DNA of 64,000 bases from assembly GCA_963662465.1 (NCBI GenBank), contig OY759599.1, forward strand, positions 800,001 through 864,000, written 5' to 3'. The position numbers and the translations under genes were made by a program. Under the pieces are notes generated by a model. It was not told where the DNA came from. It made no database searches and saw nothing but the letters and a program-made list of their open reading frames with translations. Origin of the DNA: Desulfatiglandales bacterium. GTDB lineage: Bacteria; Desulfobacterota; DSM-4660; Desulfatiglandales; Desulfatiglandaceae. Of this stretch, positions 40,915 through 52,030 are shown one piece after another. Each line of letters begins with the position of its first letter. Positions within the stretch are counted from its first letter, which is position 1.

Positions 40915-43182
40915 ATGATTGTCAAAACAGAAAAAATTAGCGACCTATCCATATGGACCGAGCGGGATTGGAAGGAAAAAATCACTGTTACGGTTTATCA
41001 TGAGTATCGTCCTGTCGTCAGTTTCGATCCTGGGAAGATAAATGATAGGAGACTCGCTGCCGTACAACTTGTCGAGCTTGGTTATTGTAAAAACCGGGTT
41101 GCCGGTAAAATCTGTGGGTTTCACCGCAATACGGTTGGCAAACTGCTTCGCACCAAAAGACTTTTAGGTGTTGAGGCCATATTTGAGGACAACCGTGGTC
41201 CCAAGGCTCCCTGGAAATATATTGGCAGCATTCGCAAAACCATCAAAAAACTTATCCGCGAGAATCCTGACTGGACTGACCAGCAGATTGCAAATGCCGC
41301 GGAAAAGCAAACTGAAACGACTATTTCGAGAAGTGCTGTAGCTCGTATCAGAACCGCGGACCAAGATGCAGAAACTGAAAAGCCTACAAAGCATGACTTG
41401 GAGCAACTGGCTAAAATTGCGGATAGTATTGATTTGAAGCAACACGACGAGCGACAGCTTTCTTTCAACTTTGAGGCTGATTCTGAGTTCAAAAAGAAGG
41501 TAGATGAATTTGCTGATGAGGATACACCCAAGCCACAAACCGATACAGATAAAGTATTCCTGGATTATCTTCAACAGGGACAACGCAATGTCTTTGCCGG
41601 CATGCTTCTTCACCATCTGTTTTTAGATCATATCAACTTCCCAAATGCCTTTGATTTGCCTTCTTATTCCAATAATATGTATGATAATTATGAAGTGATG
41701 GAAACTGTCCTTTTCGGGTTGAACATCGGGTTGCCATCTATCGAATCCCATAAGCTGGTCAACAGTAGGGACATGGGGCTTTTGCTGGGACGAACCAGTT
41801 CCCCCGATGAGACCACTATTCGGTTGCGTTTAAAACAGATGGCCGAGTTCAAGCCCTCAGAGAGCCTGATAGATTATTTCGCAAACCTGTTTCTATCGTT
41901 GGGGTTCATCAACCCAGAGGTGTTTTTTATCGATGGGCACTTCCTTCCCTATTATGGACTGAAAGTTCTATCCAAAGGCTACCATACCGTGAGACGAATT
42001 GTCATGAAAGGAAACGAGATTTATGTTGTCAGCGACCTTGACGGGAAGCCTTTCTTTTCAATTACCGAAGGGTGTGATATCGATTTCAGGCCGATCATCA
42101 TAAGAGCGGCCGACAAGATAATCAGCCTGGGTGTCGACCGCCCCATTGTGGTTTTTGATCGCGGTGGTTATGGTGTTCACTTTTTCAGTCAATTATCGAC
42201 AAGGGCTGACTTTATTACGTGGGCCAGGTATGTGAAAAAAGATGAATTGAAAGACTTGGAATATACGAGCTGCTTGATGTTTAATGGGAAAAGATATCTC
42301 ATTGCCGAGAAAACAAAACTGATTCGTGAATCGATTTCTACAGCTGCCAAAGAAGGCCGAACAGAGGCAACTTCGACAGAAGTACGTATGGTTGTTTTCA
42401 AGGAATTGGACAAGGATAGACCTGTGGCAATATATACCAGCAATCATCAAAAGCCTGCTCCTGATATTGCCGCATATATGCTTTCACGATGGGGAGAGTC
42501 TGAAAACTTTTTCAAAGAGATGATGTCCCTGTACAACTTCAATTATCATCCCGGTTATGATCTTAAAGAACTTGAAGAACAGCCTCTTGTAGATAATCCT
42601 GAGGTAAAAACAATCAAAAAAACGATCAAGGGAATTAAACAAAAGATGGGGCAATTGGCGCTTGCAAAACAACAAACAGAGTCCAAAATAGAAGCACGAA
42701 AAGATCTTCGTCTTAAAAAAAAGCTAAACACGCTCCAGGAAGAGATAGAGAAATACGACAAAGAGCTTGACGGTTTTCAGGCAGCCTTAAAAGAAATGCC
42801 TGACAAAGTATCGATAATTGAAGTGCTGAAAGGCAGACCAATGAACAAGGCAGATCTGGAGAAAAAGAAGCTCTACGACCTGATACAAATGATTGCCTTT
42901 CACTCACGCGAGCATCTGGTTGGCCTGTTCCGTTCATGTTATGATGATCCGCGGGATGTGAAACAGATCCTGACAAAGGTCACAAAACTCCCTGGTTATG
43001 TGAAATTAGTCGGGAAAACACTTGTTGTGCTTTTAGATTGGATAGAGGACAAAAAGCATCGGAAGGCAGCAACAAGATTTTGCCATCTGATAAACACTAT
43101 GTCGCCCAAATTGAGAGGTCGCATGGAGTTCGACCTTTATTTTCGCATCTCCTCAATCCCTCAAGTGGGTTATTGCTGTTAA
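40915..43182 (+). CDS. Large DDE transposase (755 aa)
   Basis: N-terminal HTHs; IDGH...FDRGG...RWGESENFFK catalytic pattern; lies inside the IS ends. Confidence 0.88.
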   Translation: MIVKTEKISDLSIWTERDWKEKITVTVYHEYRPVVSFDPGKINDRRLAAVQLVELGYCKNRVAGKICGFHRNTVGKLLRTKRLLGVEAIFEDNRGPKAPWKYIGSIRKTIKKLIRENPDWTDQQIANAAEKQTETTISRSAVARIRTADQDAETEKPTKHDLEQLAKIADSIDLKQHDERQLSFNFEADSEFKKKVDEFADEDTPKPQTDTDKVFLDYLQQGQRNVFAGMLLHHLFLDHINFPNAFDLPSYSNNMYDNYEVMETVLFGLNIGLPSIESHKLVNSRDMGLLLGRTSSPDETTIRLRLKQMAEFKPSESLIDYFANLFLSLGFINPEVFFIDGHFLPYYGLKVLSKGYHTVRRIVMKGNEIYVVSDLDGKPFFSITEGCDIDFRPIIIRAADKIISLGVDRPIVVFDRGGYGVHFFSQLSTRADFITWARYVKKDELKDLEYTSCLMFNGKRYLIAEKTKLIRESISTAAKEGRTEATSTEVRMVVFKELDKDRPVAIYTSNHQKPAPDIAAYMLSRWGESENFFKEMMSLYNFNYHPGYDLKELEEQPLVDNPEVKTIKKTIKGIKQKMGQLALAKQQTESKIEARKDLRLKKKLNTLQEEIEKYDKELDGFQAALKEMPDKVSIIEVLKGRPMNKADLEKKKLYDLIQMIAFHSREHLVGLFRSCYDDPRDVKQILTKVTKLPGYVKLVGKTLVVLLDWIEDKKHRKAATRFCHLINTMSPKLRGRMEFDLYFRISSIPQVGYCC

Positions 43183-43236
43183 AGCCTTGCTCATCGTTTC
43201 AGCCATCCTACGCAGGGTATCGTGTTTCGACCACAT

Positions 43237-43261
43237 GTAGGGGCGAAAAATCTTTCGCCCT
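43237..43261 (+). repeat. GTAG-type REP-like palindrome inside the IS
   Basis: GTAGGGGCGAAAAATCTTTCGCCCT; near-copy at 58047-58071 on the opposite strand. Confidence 0.65.
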
Positions 43262-44579
43262 AATGGCCGAAACAATGATCAAGGCCGCTGTTGAACTAAA
43301 TGCACAATTTGAATTGAGAAAAAACGTCATTTACTATGATGTCTGATTTTTGGACTGTTTCTCAAAAATGCTTTCAATGCACGCATCCATCAAGGCCGGA
43401 TCGGTTCCTCGAAATCCATAGATGGATTGTTTCTGGTCACCGACCCAGACTGTTTCTTTGGAGAGTGATGCCAGTTTTAGAAGGATGGCCAGCTGGATGG
43501 GACTGGTGTCCTGAAATTCATCAACGAGCAGGAGGTCTATGCTTCCTTTCAGGTGTTCTTGAACGGCCGGTTCGTCTAAAAGCGCCAGTGCCAGGACTTC
43601 CTGGTCTGAGAAATCCATCACGCCCCAAATCCGTTTGTGCTCCTGATATGCATTCAAGGTCCCAATGGCCGTATCAAACACCAGCGTTACCGCTTCAACC
43701 AGATCCTTCTTTAATTGCGGGTGCCTGTCATGGCGTGAGGCAACCTGGTTCAGTATCTCAATGTGTTCCTCTGATTTTTTGCCCACGTTCAGACGGTTCA
43801 ATCGCAACCAGTCAGACCAGGACAATGTTCGTCCCTGCCGAAGCATATTGAGGCAAGCAGTCGCCTTTTGAAGGGCACCGGCGGTAACTTTGGTGGTGTC
43901 CTCTTCTGTATCCACATTATTGATAAAGTCGGCAAGTGCGGATTCCAATTTTTTATCTGGATTTCCTTCTTTTCCAAGCGGTTTGCCCAGTAATTCCAAT
44001 ATGCTCTCGGTACTTATCTTTTTGGACGCTTCAAGCGCTTGGGTATCCAAAGCATTATAGCGGGCCAGTTTAATGACCGATTCCACGGTATCAACCCACT
44101 CAAAAGCTTCAAGTCGGCTTTTAAGGTCTGTAAATCGACTGGAGATACCCCCCGTCATCACTGAAGACATGGCGCGTTTTAACTCACGTTTTGCGGCTGT
44201 TTCGTCCAGGACCATCGTTTCGGGAAAAAGCCCTTTTTCAAACACAAAGTCCATTACCAGCCCGCTGCAGATGGAATTAACGGTGCCCAGGCGAGCTGCG
44301 GCCAATCGGTTGGCTTCACCCGTCAGCCCTTCTTTAATAAGCCGTTGCCGAACCCGCTCCTGCAATTCCGCGGCTGCCTTTTTGGTGAAAGTGGTGGCAA
44401 TCACCGCTTCCGGTCGGACTTTCTTAGAAGCGATTTTTTCCTGAAGGAGGGTGGATAACCGATAGGTCTTGCCGCTACCGGCACTGGCGGTAATGATGTG
44501 AATGTTTGTCATGACGCCTCTTTTAGTACCTTATCGCCTGGTTTACTGTCACAAAAAACAAGAAAATCGCTATATGGCA

Positions 44580-44749
44580 TCAGTTGTCAGTTGTCAGTTA
44601 TCAGTAAAAGCATACCCATAACATATTGAAAGTATTTGTACAAATCTGCACATAATTGTGAAGACCTCTTCCATACTTCCAAATCCTCAAATTTCAAAAT
44701 AACCTCCAGTGCTGACAACTGACAACTGACAACTGATAACTGACAACTG
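44580..44749 (-). pseudogene. Four-helix-bundle (23S rRNA IVP-like) gene remnant flanked by inverted heptamer arrays
   Basis: GGAGG then TTG at 44697 gives KFEDLEVWKRSSQLCADLYKYF; (TCAGTTG)x3+ at 44580-44605 and (CTGACAA)x5 at 44712-44749. Confidence 0.75.
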
Positions 44750-44779
44750 CGGCTCTGCCGCCTCAGATAGTTTGGGCAA

Positions 44780-47353
44780 TTAAGCACTGAAGGCCTGTCC
44801 GCAAAGAACGGAAAGGTCGCAAAACTTGCATGGTTCCAGGAAAATCCGGTCATCCACCAGTTCACTTTCGGGTGGGCCGTCAGGATCATTCCCACAGGCT
44901 TTGACGCTTCCTTTCCGCAACTCAGACCAGATTTGGTTAAAGCTGTTTTTGAAAGCGTTCCAGGTTTCCTTCGGCGTGGGGCCTTCAATCACGTGGGCAT
45001 CCGGAAAGGCTTCCGGATCAACCGTTATCAGATGCCCGGCTTTCAGCATCAGGTATGCCACAGGCGGAAATGCAGCAGCCTCTTTTTGGCGAACCAGATG
45101 ACCATAAACGGCCAGTTGCAGCCCGACACCTGAAGCCAGTTCACCATGCCTATAATTTACACCGCCTCGTTTAAAATCAATGACGGCTCCTGATTCCTGC
45201 AATACCAGATCAGGACGACCTTCAATCTCGATTCCTATGGAGCGTGCTTTAAGGCTGTATTCTTTTTCAACGGAACGTATGGTGAACCCTCCGGTCTGAA
45301 GCATTCGAAAGAGTTCCAGTGCGGCTGTTTTCACAGACCGTTTCACTTCAGCCCTTAGATCATCAAACCCGGGTTGAAAAAAGGAAGCGGCCAATCGTGG
45401 GCCTTCAGTGTCAAAAATGGACAGGGCCGTTTTTACGGCGGCGTCAGGCTTTTTGATATTCTGAAGCAGCGCCCGAAGCAGAATTTCATGTATCAGCCAC
45501 CCTTCAAGGGTTTCAGGGGAATCCAGAGTAGCGGTGGTGCCGCCCCAGACATTACCCAGATATTGAACCACCCATTTGAAGGGACACGAAACGAGGCTGG
45601 TAAGACTATTGGGGGATTCCTGCTTCCTCTTGGAAATCAAGTGAGGCCCCACTTTCCATTCCGCCACCGGTTCGGGAAGTGCTTTAAAATCCCGCTTTTT
45701 CTTTGCGGGACTTCGTTCGAAAATGAGTTTTTCCCGTTCCAGTTCCTTCAGCCTGGCGCTGTCTTTGACTTTTCCGGCCAATTCATCCCAGAGGGGGTGC
45801 GGGTACTGGGCTTCACCGTCGAGGCCTTGTCGGGGACAGACCAATATCAGATTTTTGCCGGCAAACATGAGAGGACGTTGCCATCTCTCCGCGGCCCAAA
45901 CGGCCTCATCTCCAGGGGTAGGTAGCAAAACGCCTTCTTTTCGAAGCGCTGCACGCTCCTGCGTGGTCAGCAGGTCCGAAGTTATACCGGGTGCCGTAGT
46001 TCGACTGAAAGACCACCAGATCACCTTCTCAGCTTCCCCTGTGATACATTCAGGCGCCCCCACTGTTGCCGGACCCGCCTGCGCTTCATAAAGCGGCACC
46101 GTTCCGCTGCCTTCGGTGATATCGTGAAGCATACGGCGGATCTGGGGGGCGGTAAAATGGGTCAGCCCTGAGATCTCAACGATTCGCCGGCAGTTTTCCA
46201 ACTGCGATGTCAGCGCCTGCCATTGATGGCCGGGTTCATCTTTCGGCATTCTTCCCCGGGTCCACGATCTTAAAAGATCGATACGGGCTTTGATTTCCGT
46301 TACCGGGTATCGATTGCCCGTAAAAATCGAGGCGAAGATGGTGCTAATCCTCTTTTTGAGCCGTTCACGGTCGCGCTCGTTTTCAATGGCGTCAAGACCC
46401 TTTTTAAGCGCCGAATTCCATTCATCAGAGCCGACAGCGGGGTATCTCTGGAGCGCACGGGAAAGCCTGCGGGCGATCCCCCGTGGAACCGGGCTGGTGG
46501 GCAATATGAGCAGTTCAAGCGCGCGCTGCGGGTCCGGCGGGTTCCAGCCCATGGCAAGGGTGAGGGGAAGGATTTGCAGCAGGGCATTATCAAAAACCGG
46601 AATCCCCGCGCCCGTTGTGGGCAGGCCAAAACGATAAAGCGCTTGATCCAGAATACTGTCGGGACCGATGATAACGGTTTTGTTCGCTTGCCTTCCCGTG
46701 GAAAGCCATGCAGCGATTTCGTTGGCCGCCGTGCCGCAGGTGGCGGGTCTCAGCAGCTGAATCGAGCCGTCGCCTTTGGGTTTGAATGACGATTTTGTGC
46801 ATGCTGCCAGATCGCCGGCGGATTTAACGGGTTTCAGTTTTTCTTCAATTATCTTTGTGCCGGCCTTTTTTAGAGACTGAATGGTCGTTTGTAAAACGGA
46901 AGGGAAACGATCAGGTGGTTCCAAAAGGGTCAGTTGTTGAACGGCGTTATTGCCGGACATGAGCGTTTCCGCCACCATCAAGAGACGGTCTGGAAATCCG
47001 GGAGATGCTTTTTCGGTAACTTCCGCAAGGTCCCCCAGCCGTGTGCTGACCGGTTGGAAGCGCCAGCCGTACATTCGAAGCTGATCCCGCCAATCCAGGA
47101 CTCTTTTGGCGGTTCCGAAAGGGTCCACCTGCGCGGAGCGGCTCCAGAATCCGGATACAGCGCGAATCGTTGAAACCAGTTCCGCGGCCCGCAAGGCGTT
47201 TGGGACGGGTGGACCGCTCAGACCAGTCATGGTTTCAAGCAGGCCCAGCAAGCCGGATGGGCCGAGCCAGATTTCCCCGGAAACAGCATTTCTATCCTGC
47301 AAGGGACCGGGCCAGTACCCGCTATCAAAAGCGGGGTCGAATGTAATTTTCAT
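44780..47353 (-). CDS. AddB-like PD-(D/E)XK nuclease with Fe-S cysteines
   Basis: SCPFKW...G.LIH, GRPDLV...IDFK, QLAVY, CKFCDLSVLC; directly upstream of the UvrD-like gene. Confidence 0.82.
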   Translation of the reverse strand: MKITFDPAFDSGYWPGPLQDRNAVSGEIWLGPSGLLGLLETMTGLSGPPVPNALRAAELVSTIRAVSGFWSRSAQVDPFGTAKRVLDWRDQLRMYGWRFQPVSTRLGDLAEVTEKASPGFPDRLLMVAETLMSGNNAVQQLTLLEPPDRFPSVLQTTIQSLKKAGTKIIEEKLKPVKSAGDLAACTKSSFKPKGDGSIQLLRPATCGTAANEIAAWLSTGRQANKTVIIGPDSILDQALYRFGLPTTGAGIPVFDNALLQILPLTLAMGWNPPDPQRALELLILPTSPVPRGIARRLSRALQRYPAVGSDEWNSALKKGLDAIENERDRERLKKRISTIFASIFTGNRYPVTEIKARIDLLRSWTRGRMPKDEPGHQWQALTSQLENCRRIVEISGLTHFTAPQIRRMLHDITEGSGTVPLYEAQAGPATVGAPECITGEAEKVIWWSFSRTTAPGITSDLLTTQERAALRKEGVLLPTPGDEAVWAAERWQRPLMFAGKNLILVCPRQGLDGEAQYPHPLWDELAGKVKDSARLKELEREKLIFERSPAKKKRDFKALPEPVAEWKVGPHLISKRKQESPNSLTSLVSCPFKWVVQYLGNVWGGTTATLDSPETLEGWLIHEILLRALLQNIKKPDAAVKTALSIFDTEGPRLAASFFQPGFDDLRAEVKRSVKTAALELFRMLQTGGFTIRSVEKEYSLKARSIGIEIEGRPDLVLQESGAVIDFKRGGVNYRHGELASGVGLQLAVYGHLVRQKEAAAFPPVAYLMLKAGHLITVDPEAFPDAHVIEGPTPKETWNAFKNSFNQIWSELRKGSVKACGNDPDGPPESELVDDRIFLEPCKFCDLSVLCGQAFSA

Positions 47354-47445
47354 GATGCCTCGATTGGGAATTCATGCCAAGCAGATAAAAATAACGTCTC
47401 CAATCTGCAGCGTGGCTTATGACGTCTGCGGGGAATAGGCCTCCA

Positions 47446-48294
47446 TTAGATTGCCTTTCTACAATCCACGGTTGACGGGCCGTCCTCCAGATTGCCAACG
47501 ACCGGTTCCGCGCCGTAAAAGATCACATCAACCCTGTTGGTAACCCGTGAAAATGGCGGCATGTCCAAAAATCTGAACGTTGTCCGTTCAACTTTCAAAT
47601 CAGGGTTCTTTCTCGCTTCATGCTTTTCTGGAAGGTTTTCCATTTCTTCCGTTGTAAACTTACGATACACCCTATGCTTTTGGATAAATGTTCCTCGTTT
47701 AAAAAAGGCGGGATAATCATTCCAGTTTATACCTTTTTGCCATAGCATTTCCTGCATTTCGGTACCTTTCTTTCTGTAGAGTGCCTTATGCGAATAATAA
47801 CACCGAGCCGCCATGGAAATACTGTTTTTCGTAGCGTCTAATTCTCTCCACAAAAATGTATTGGCTGCCTCTTCCAATGTTGGGACCTGCCATGCGCGAC
47901 TATCAAACAGAGCAAGCCGGTTCTTTTTTTCAGGAATATATTCCGAAATATGCCCATTAAAATAGGCTGTTGCCATCGATGCCAGAATAGATACCATTTT
48001 TTGAATACGCCGGTCAAAAAATATCCGGCTTTTATATTCCCCGCTGTACCACACAAGGTTGATTTCATCTGACTGCGTATAGCCCATATTGGCTTGTGTC
48101 TCTTGCACAAGATAGCGGGTGGTTTGACACATCAAATCGACAAGGCGCTTGTCATAGGGGCGCTCCAGGCCTTTTGTAAATCGACTGAACGATTTCCCGT
48201 CGATACGTGCGCAGACAGGAAGTAATGGAAGAAAACGTCTTGCCCCTTCCACTCTTTCATATTCCTTCATTCTATCGCCAAAGTTTCCCATCAT
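47446..48294 (-). CDS. thg1: Thg1-like 3'-5' polymerase / tRNA(His) guanylyltransferase family
   Basis: RIDGKSFS.FT, YTQSDEI, FDSR, WRE.DA.KNS, KRG motifs. Confidence 0.92.
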   Translation of the reverse strand: MMGNFGDRMKEYERVEGARRFLPLLPVCARIDGKSFSRFTKGLERPYDKRLVDLMCQTTRYLVQETQANMGYTQSDEINLVWYSGEYKSRIFFDRRIQKMVSILASMATAYFNGHISEYIPEKKNRLALFDSRAWQVPTLEEAANTFLWRELDATKNSISMAARCYYSHKALYRKKGTEMQEMLWQKGINWNDYPAFFKRGTFIQKHRVYRKFTTEEMENLPEKHEARKNPDLKVERTTFRFLDMPPFSRVTNRVDVIFYGAEPVVGNLEDGPSTVDCRKAI

Positions 48295-48433
48295 TCTTTC
48301 TCCAACTTAATTTCAGCTGAAATTAAACGCTATCTTCGCATCACTCTCAATACACATGGTTCAATCCGGCCCCTGGTCTATGGGAAAATGATCAGACCTA
48401 GCCCAACCCTCTTCCTTTTATTCCAACCTGCTT

Positions 48434-50613
48434 TCAAAGCCTTGGATCCACCGGCTCGCTTTCCAGTGCCAGCACGCCGAAAACTTCAGGTCGGTCACGG
48501 AATGGACCGGCCAGCAATACCGCCGATAGGCTTCGATGTAACCCTCAACCGATTTCTTCCGGCTTTCGATTTTGTCGAGCAGGTTCGGAAGGTCAAACTC
48601 AAAATTCAGGCTTTCCGATGGAACCCAAAACCCCGTTTCGAGGTCTGTACGGCCAAGTGTCTTTTTGAGCGCATCGGCGGCCGCGTCCAATGAAACCGTT
48701 GCCGCGGCGCCCACGGCGGCATATTGCGATTGAATCAGATCCCGGGCTTTTTCCGACCACGGCATGAGCTCACAATCAAGACATACCCATTTTGTCGAAA
48801 ACGCATCCCAGAATTTTGAAGCATTCAAGGCATTGGCCATTCGCTCCAGAAGTTCTTTTTCCATTTCCCGGCTATTGAAGAATCGTCGGCCCGTCCGGGT
48901 GTAAACGATGCCAACACCATCGTTTTCCACGCCAAAGTGTTTTGCCGCGGCCTCTTCGTTTTGACAGAGGACCACAACAGCGCGGGACCCCATGTGCTTT
49001 TCCTGGCATATCACCCTGGGGATGCCTTGTGATCGAAAATAGGCGAAACCTTCCTCCGGATACTCAAGATATCCTCCCTGTTGGCTGGTCTCGGTTGGAG
49101 ACATGGTCGGCGGCAAATATATGAGCCATTTTGGATTGGCCGCGAATCGGCTCATGACTTCAAGGGCAGCCATTGATTGTTCTTCCCTGATCGTCACGTT
49201 TCGGCGCAAACGCGTAGAGATGAACCGCTTTCTGATGACGTCTTCCGCTTCGAGCAAGTCGTCATATTTCTGCTGCACCGTCAATGGTGAATCAGCGTCC
49301 GCATCTGTTTTCAGGGAACGTACCGGCTCACAATACACTTTTTTTGCTTTGACTGAGACCATCTCCTTTTCAGGATACCGCAACGCTGTGAGCTGACCCC
49401 CAAACACACACCCGGTATCAATGTTGATGGTTCTGTTCAGCCATTCCGGTGTTGGAACGGGTGTATGGCCGTACACCACCGTAGTGTGTCCGCGGTATTC
49501 CGCCGCCCAGTTATATCGGACCGGCAACCCGAATTCGTCAGTCTCGCCCGTGCTTTCACCGAAGAGGCAGAAATCCCTGACCTTGCCGGACCCCCGCCCC
49601 TGCATTTCCTCCTTAAGCCCGGCATGTGCGACCACAAGTTTCGCATTATCGAGCAGGTAGTGGCTCACAAGCGCTCTGATAAATGTTTTCGTTTCCTCCA
49701 TAAAAGCGGACCGTGTATCCGTCGGAAGGGCATCTATTTCTTCAAGGGTTTCAGCGAGTCCGTGTGCCATTTGGACGTCCTTGCCGTTGAGTTTTTTCAT
49801 GAGTTTGATGTCATGATTGCCCGGCACACAAAGGGCGAAACCTGCCTTTACCATATTGAACACCAGTCTGATGGTATCGACGATTCTGTTGCCTCTGTCC
49901 ACGAAATCCCCGAGGAAAATGGCGGTGCGCCCTTCCGGGTGGGAAAAAACAGGCCCGGCCATGGGGCCTTCGTTGGTCCTTATGAAAACCGTGTAACCGA
50001 GCTTATCCAGCAATGCTGTCAGCTTATCATAGCAGCCGTGGATGTCCCCGATGATATCAAATGGCCCGTGCAGATCGGTTTTGTCGTTCCAAAGGGGAAC
50101 GCGCTCAACTGTGGCGCTGTTGACTTCCTCTTCGGAATTGATTTTCCATACCTGCCGGAAGCCTTCTCTTTTAAGCGCCTTTCGCCGTCGCCGCAACTGG
50201 GAATTCTGTTGGCGAATGACGCGCCTTCCGAAGTTCCTGTCAGGGCGGTCTTTGTTCCTCATTTGACAAAGATTCTCCGGCAAATCCAACACGATGGCCA
50301 CCGGAAGCACATGGTATTGCCGTGCCAATGCCACCAGTGGTTTGCGGGCCTCCATTTGGACGTTTGTGGCGTCAATAACCGTCAATTTGCCGGCTTCCAG
50401 CCGTTTGGCCGCAATGAAGTGCATGACTTCAAATGCCGCCGAAGTAACCGAGAGATCGTTCTCATCATCGGAAACAAGGGCGCGACAGTCATCTGATGAT
50501 ATCACCTCCGTCGGCAAAAAGTGCTTTCTCGCAAAGGATGACTTGCCGGCGCCGGAGACCCCTATCAGAACGACAAGCGACAGCTTGGGGAGCTTTATGT
50601 CAATTTGTTTCAT
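48434..50613 (-). pseudogene. pnkp: Bacterial polynucleotide kinase-phosphatase-ligase Pnkp with an internal deletion and frameshift in the ligase domain
   Basis: Kinase GVSGAGKS; phosphatase GDIHG/GDFVDRG/GNHD; ligase EKHMGSR and DCELMPW. The authentic tail FGVLALESEPVDPRL* follows out of frame at about 48480. Confidence 0.9.
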
Positions 50614-52015
50614 GATCGATGCTCTTGGCTGAAAATGCACATCTGAGTCGGCGCGCCAAGTTTATCATCAGCGGCCCCGACCGGGAGGAACTTTGTGGTA
50701 TAGTTATATGTGTCTGCCATACCGTTGGCCCATGCCTCAAACTCATCGCGAGTCCATTCAAAACGATGGTCTTTGTGACGCAGCTTTTCAGGGCCAATCG
50801 TCTCCCACAGGGAGTTGTACTCATGATTCGGCGTTGTCAATACAATGAGCCCCGGCCTTGCAAATTCAAATAACACGCGCTCAAAAGCCTTGAGACGGGG
50901 TTGATCCAGATGTTCGATGACCTCTATTACTGCTGCCGCATCGAATCCCGCCAACCTTTTGTCCCGGTACATGAGTGAGCCGTGAAGGAGTTCAATTCGT
51001 TGTTTTTGCATGGGCGGCAAATCCTTCATGTGAAGGCGTTCATGGGCGATTTCAAGGGATCTGATGGACACATCAAACCCCATTATTTTTGTGAACTGTT
51101 TCTCTTTCAGGAGCAGCGCTAACAGCTTTCCGCTGCCGCATCCCAGGTCAACGATGGTTTCCGCCCCCGATGCCTTGAGTGCAGCGCGTACCGCGCCCAG
51201 CCGCGCTTCATTGAGATGGACCTTTTCTATCTTTTCTTCGGATGGCGCTTTGGGTTCACCGATGTCATCTTCCCCGGTCGGGTTGATTTCCATGAGACGC
51301 AAGATCGCTTCCAGCGCATAGCTCCGCAGATATTTGAGATACCGTTTGGCAATGGTGTCGCGCTCGGGGTGATCGGACAGCCAACCCTCACCTCTTTTCA
51401 GGAGTTTGCTGATTTCATTTTTATCAATGTAGTAGTGTTTCCGGTTGTCCAAAACAGGAATGAGAACGTAAAGATGGTTAAAAAGCGCCTTTACGCTGGT
51501 CGTCTTTGATAGTTCGACGGTGTAGTAAGGGCTGACGCCCCATTCAGGGAAATGCTCATCCAGGGTATATGCCTGAGCATCCACGCGGTAACCCAAAGGC
51601 TCAAACAGCCGCCTCAAAAACCCCTCCCCACCTCTGCATGGCAGCACGGAAATCTTAACGGTCAGCGGCATCGGTGTCTCAACAAGTTCAGGCCAAACAT
51701 TGCATTTGCCGTTCAATGTTTGGCCGAAAACCCGCGAAAGCGTCATGCTCATGAACGAGGAACACACATAAGGACGGTCATTTACATACGGCTCAATGGG
51801 TACACCCGTATGCTGGTTTCCTTTTCCTCGAACGAGTTCGACAGGATCCACATCCAAAAGGATAGCCAGGGTGCATTTTTCGTCGCTTGCCTCGGGGTAG
51901 AAGATATTCACGATGCCAAAGGACATTTTTTCGCCTGGCATCGGTAAGGATTTTTATGAACAAGATATCCCAAATCAGTGGCGGGTCTATGTGTTGTCGA
52001 AATGGTCAGCAGCAT
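50610..52015 (-). CDS. hen1: 3'-terminal RNA ribose 2'-O-methyltransferase Hen1, with a 1-nt frameshift in an A6 run
   Basis: True start MLLTISTTHRPATDLGYLVHKNP at 52015; shift at 51926-51931; YVNDRPY, DLGCGSG, EVIEHL, HRFEW motifs. Confidence 0.9.
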
Positions 52016-52030
52016 TGCCTTTTTTCTCCC

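Larger units (their letters stand above)
40738..43345 (+). mobile_element. Insertion sequence, 2608 bp, imperfect terminal IRs of about 20 bp, 6-bp TSD ATTTTT
   Basis: Left end CAGAGTTCCTGGTAAATGAC, right end (rc) CAGACATCATAGTAAATGAC; ATTTTT at 40732-40737 and 43346-43351. Confidence 0.92.
40045..44512 (-). pseudogene. UvrD/AddA-like helicase interrupted by an IS and truncated at the 3' end
   Basis: ASAGSGKT, DEFQD, VGDQKQSIYGFRG. Removing the IS restores the frame (QSKN-KDHSPETLNKSWRS); motifs V/VI and a nuclease domain are absent. Confidence 0.88.
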
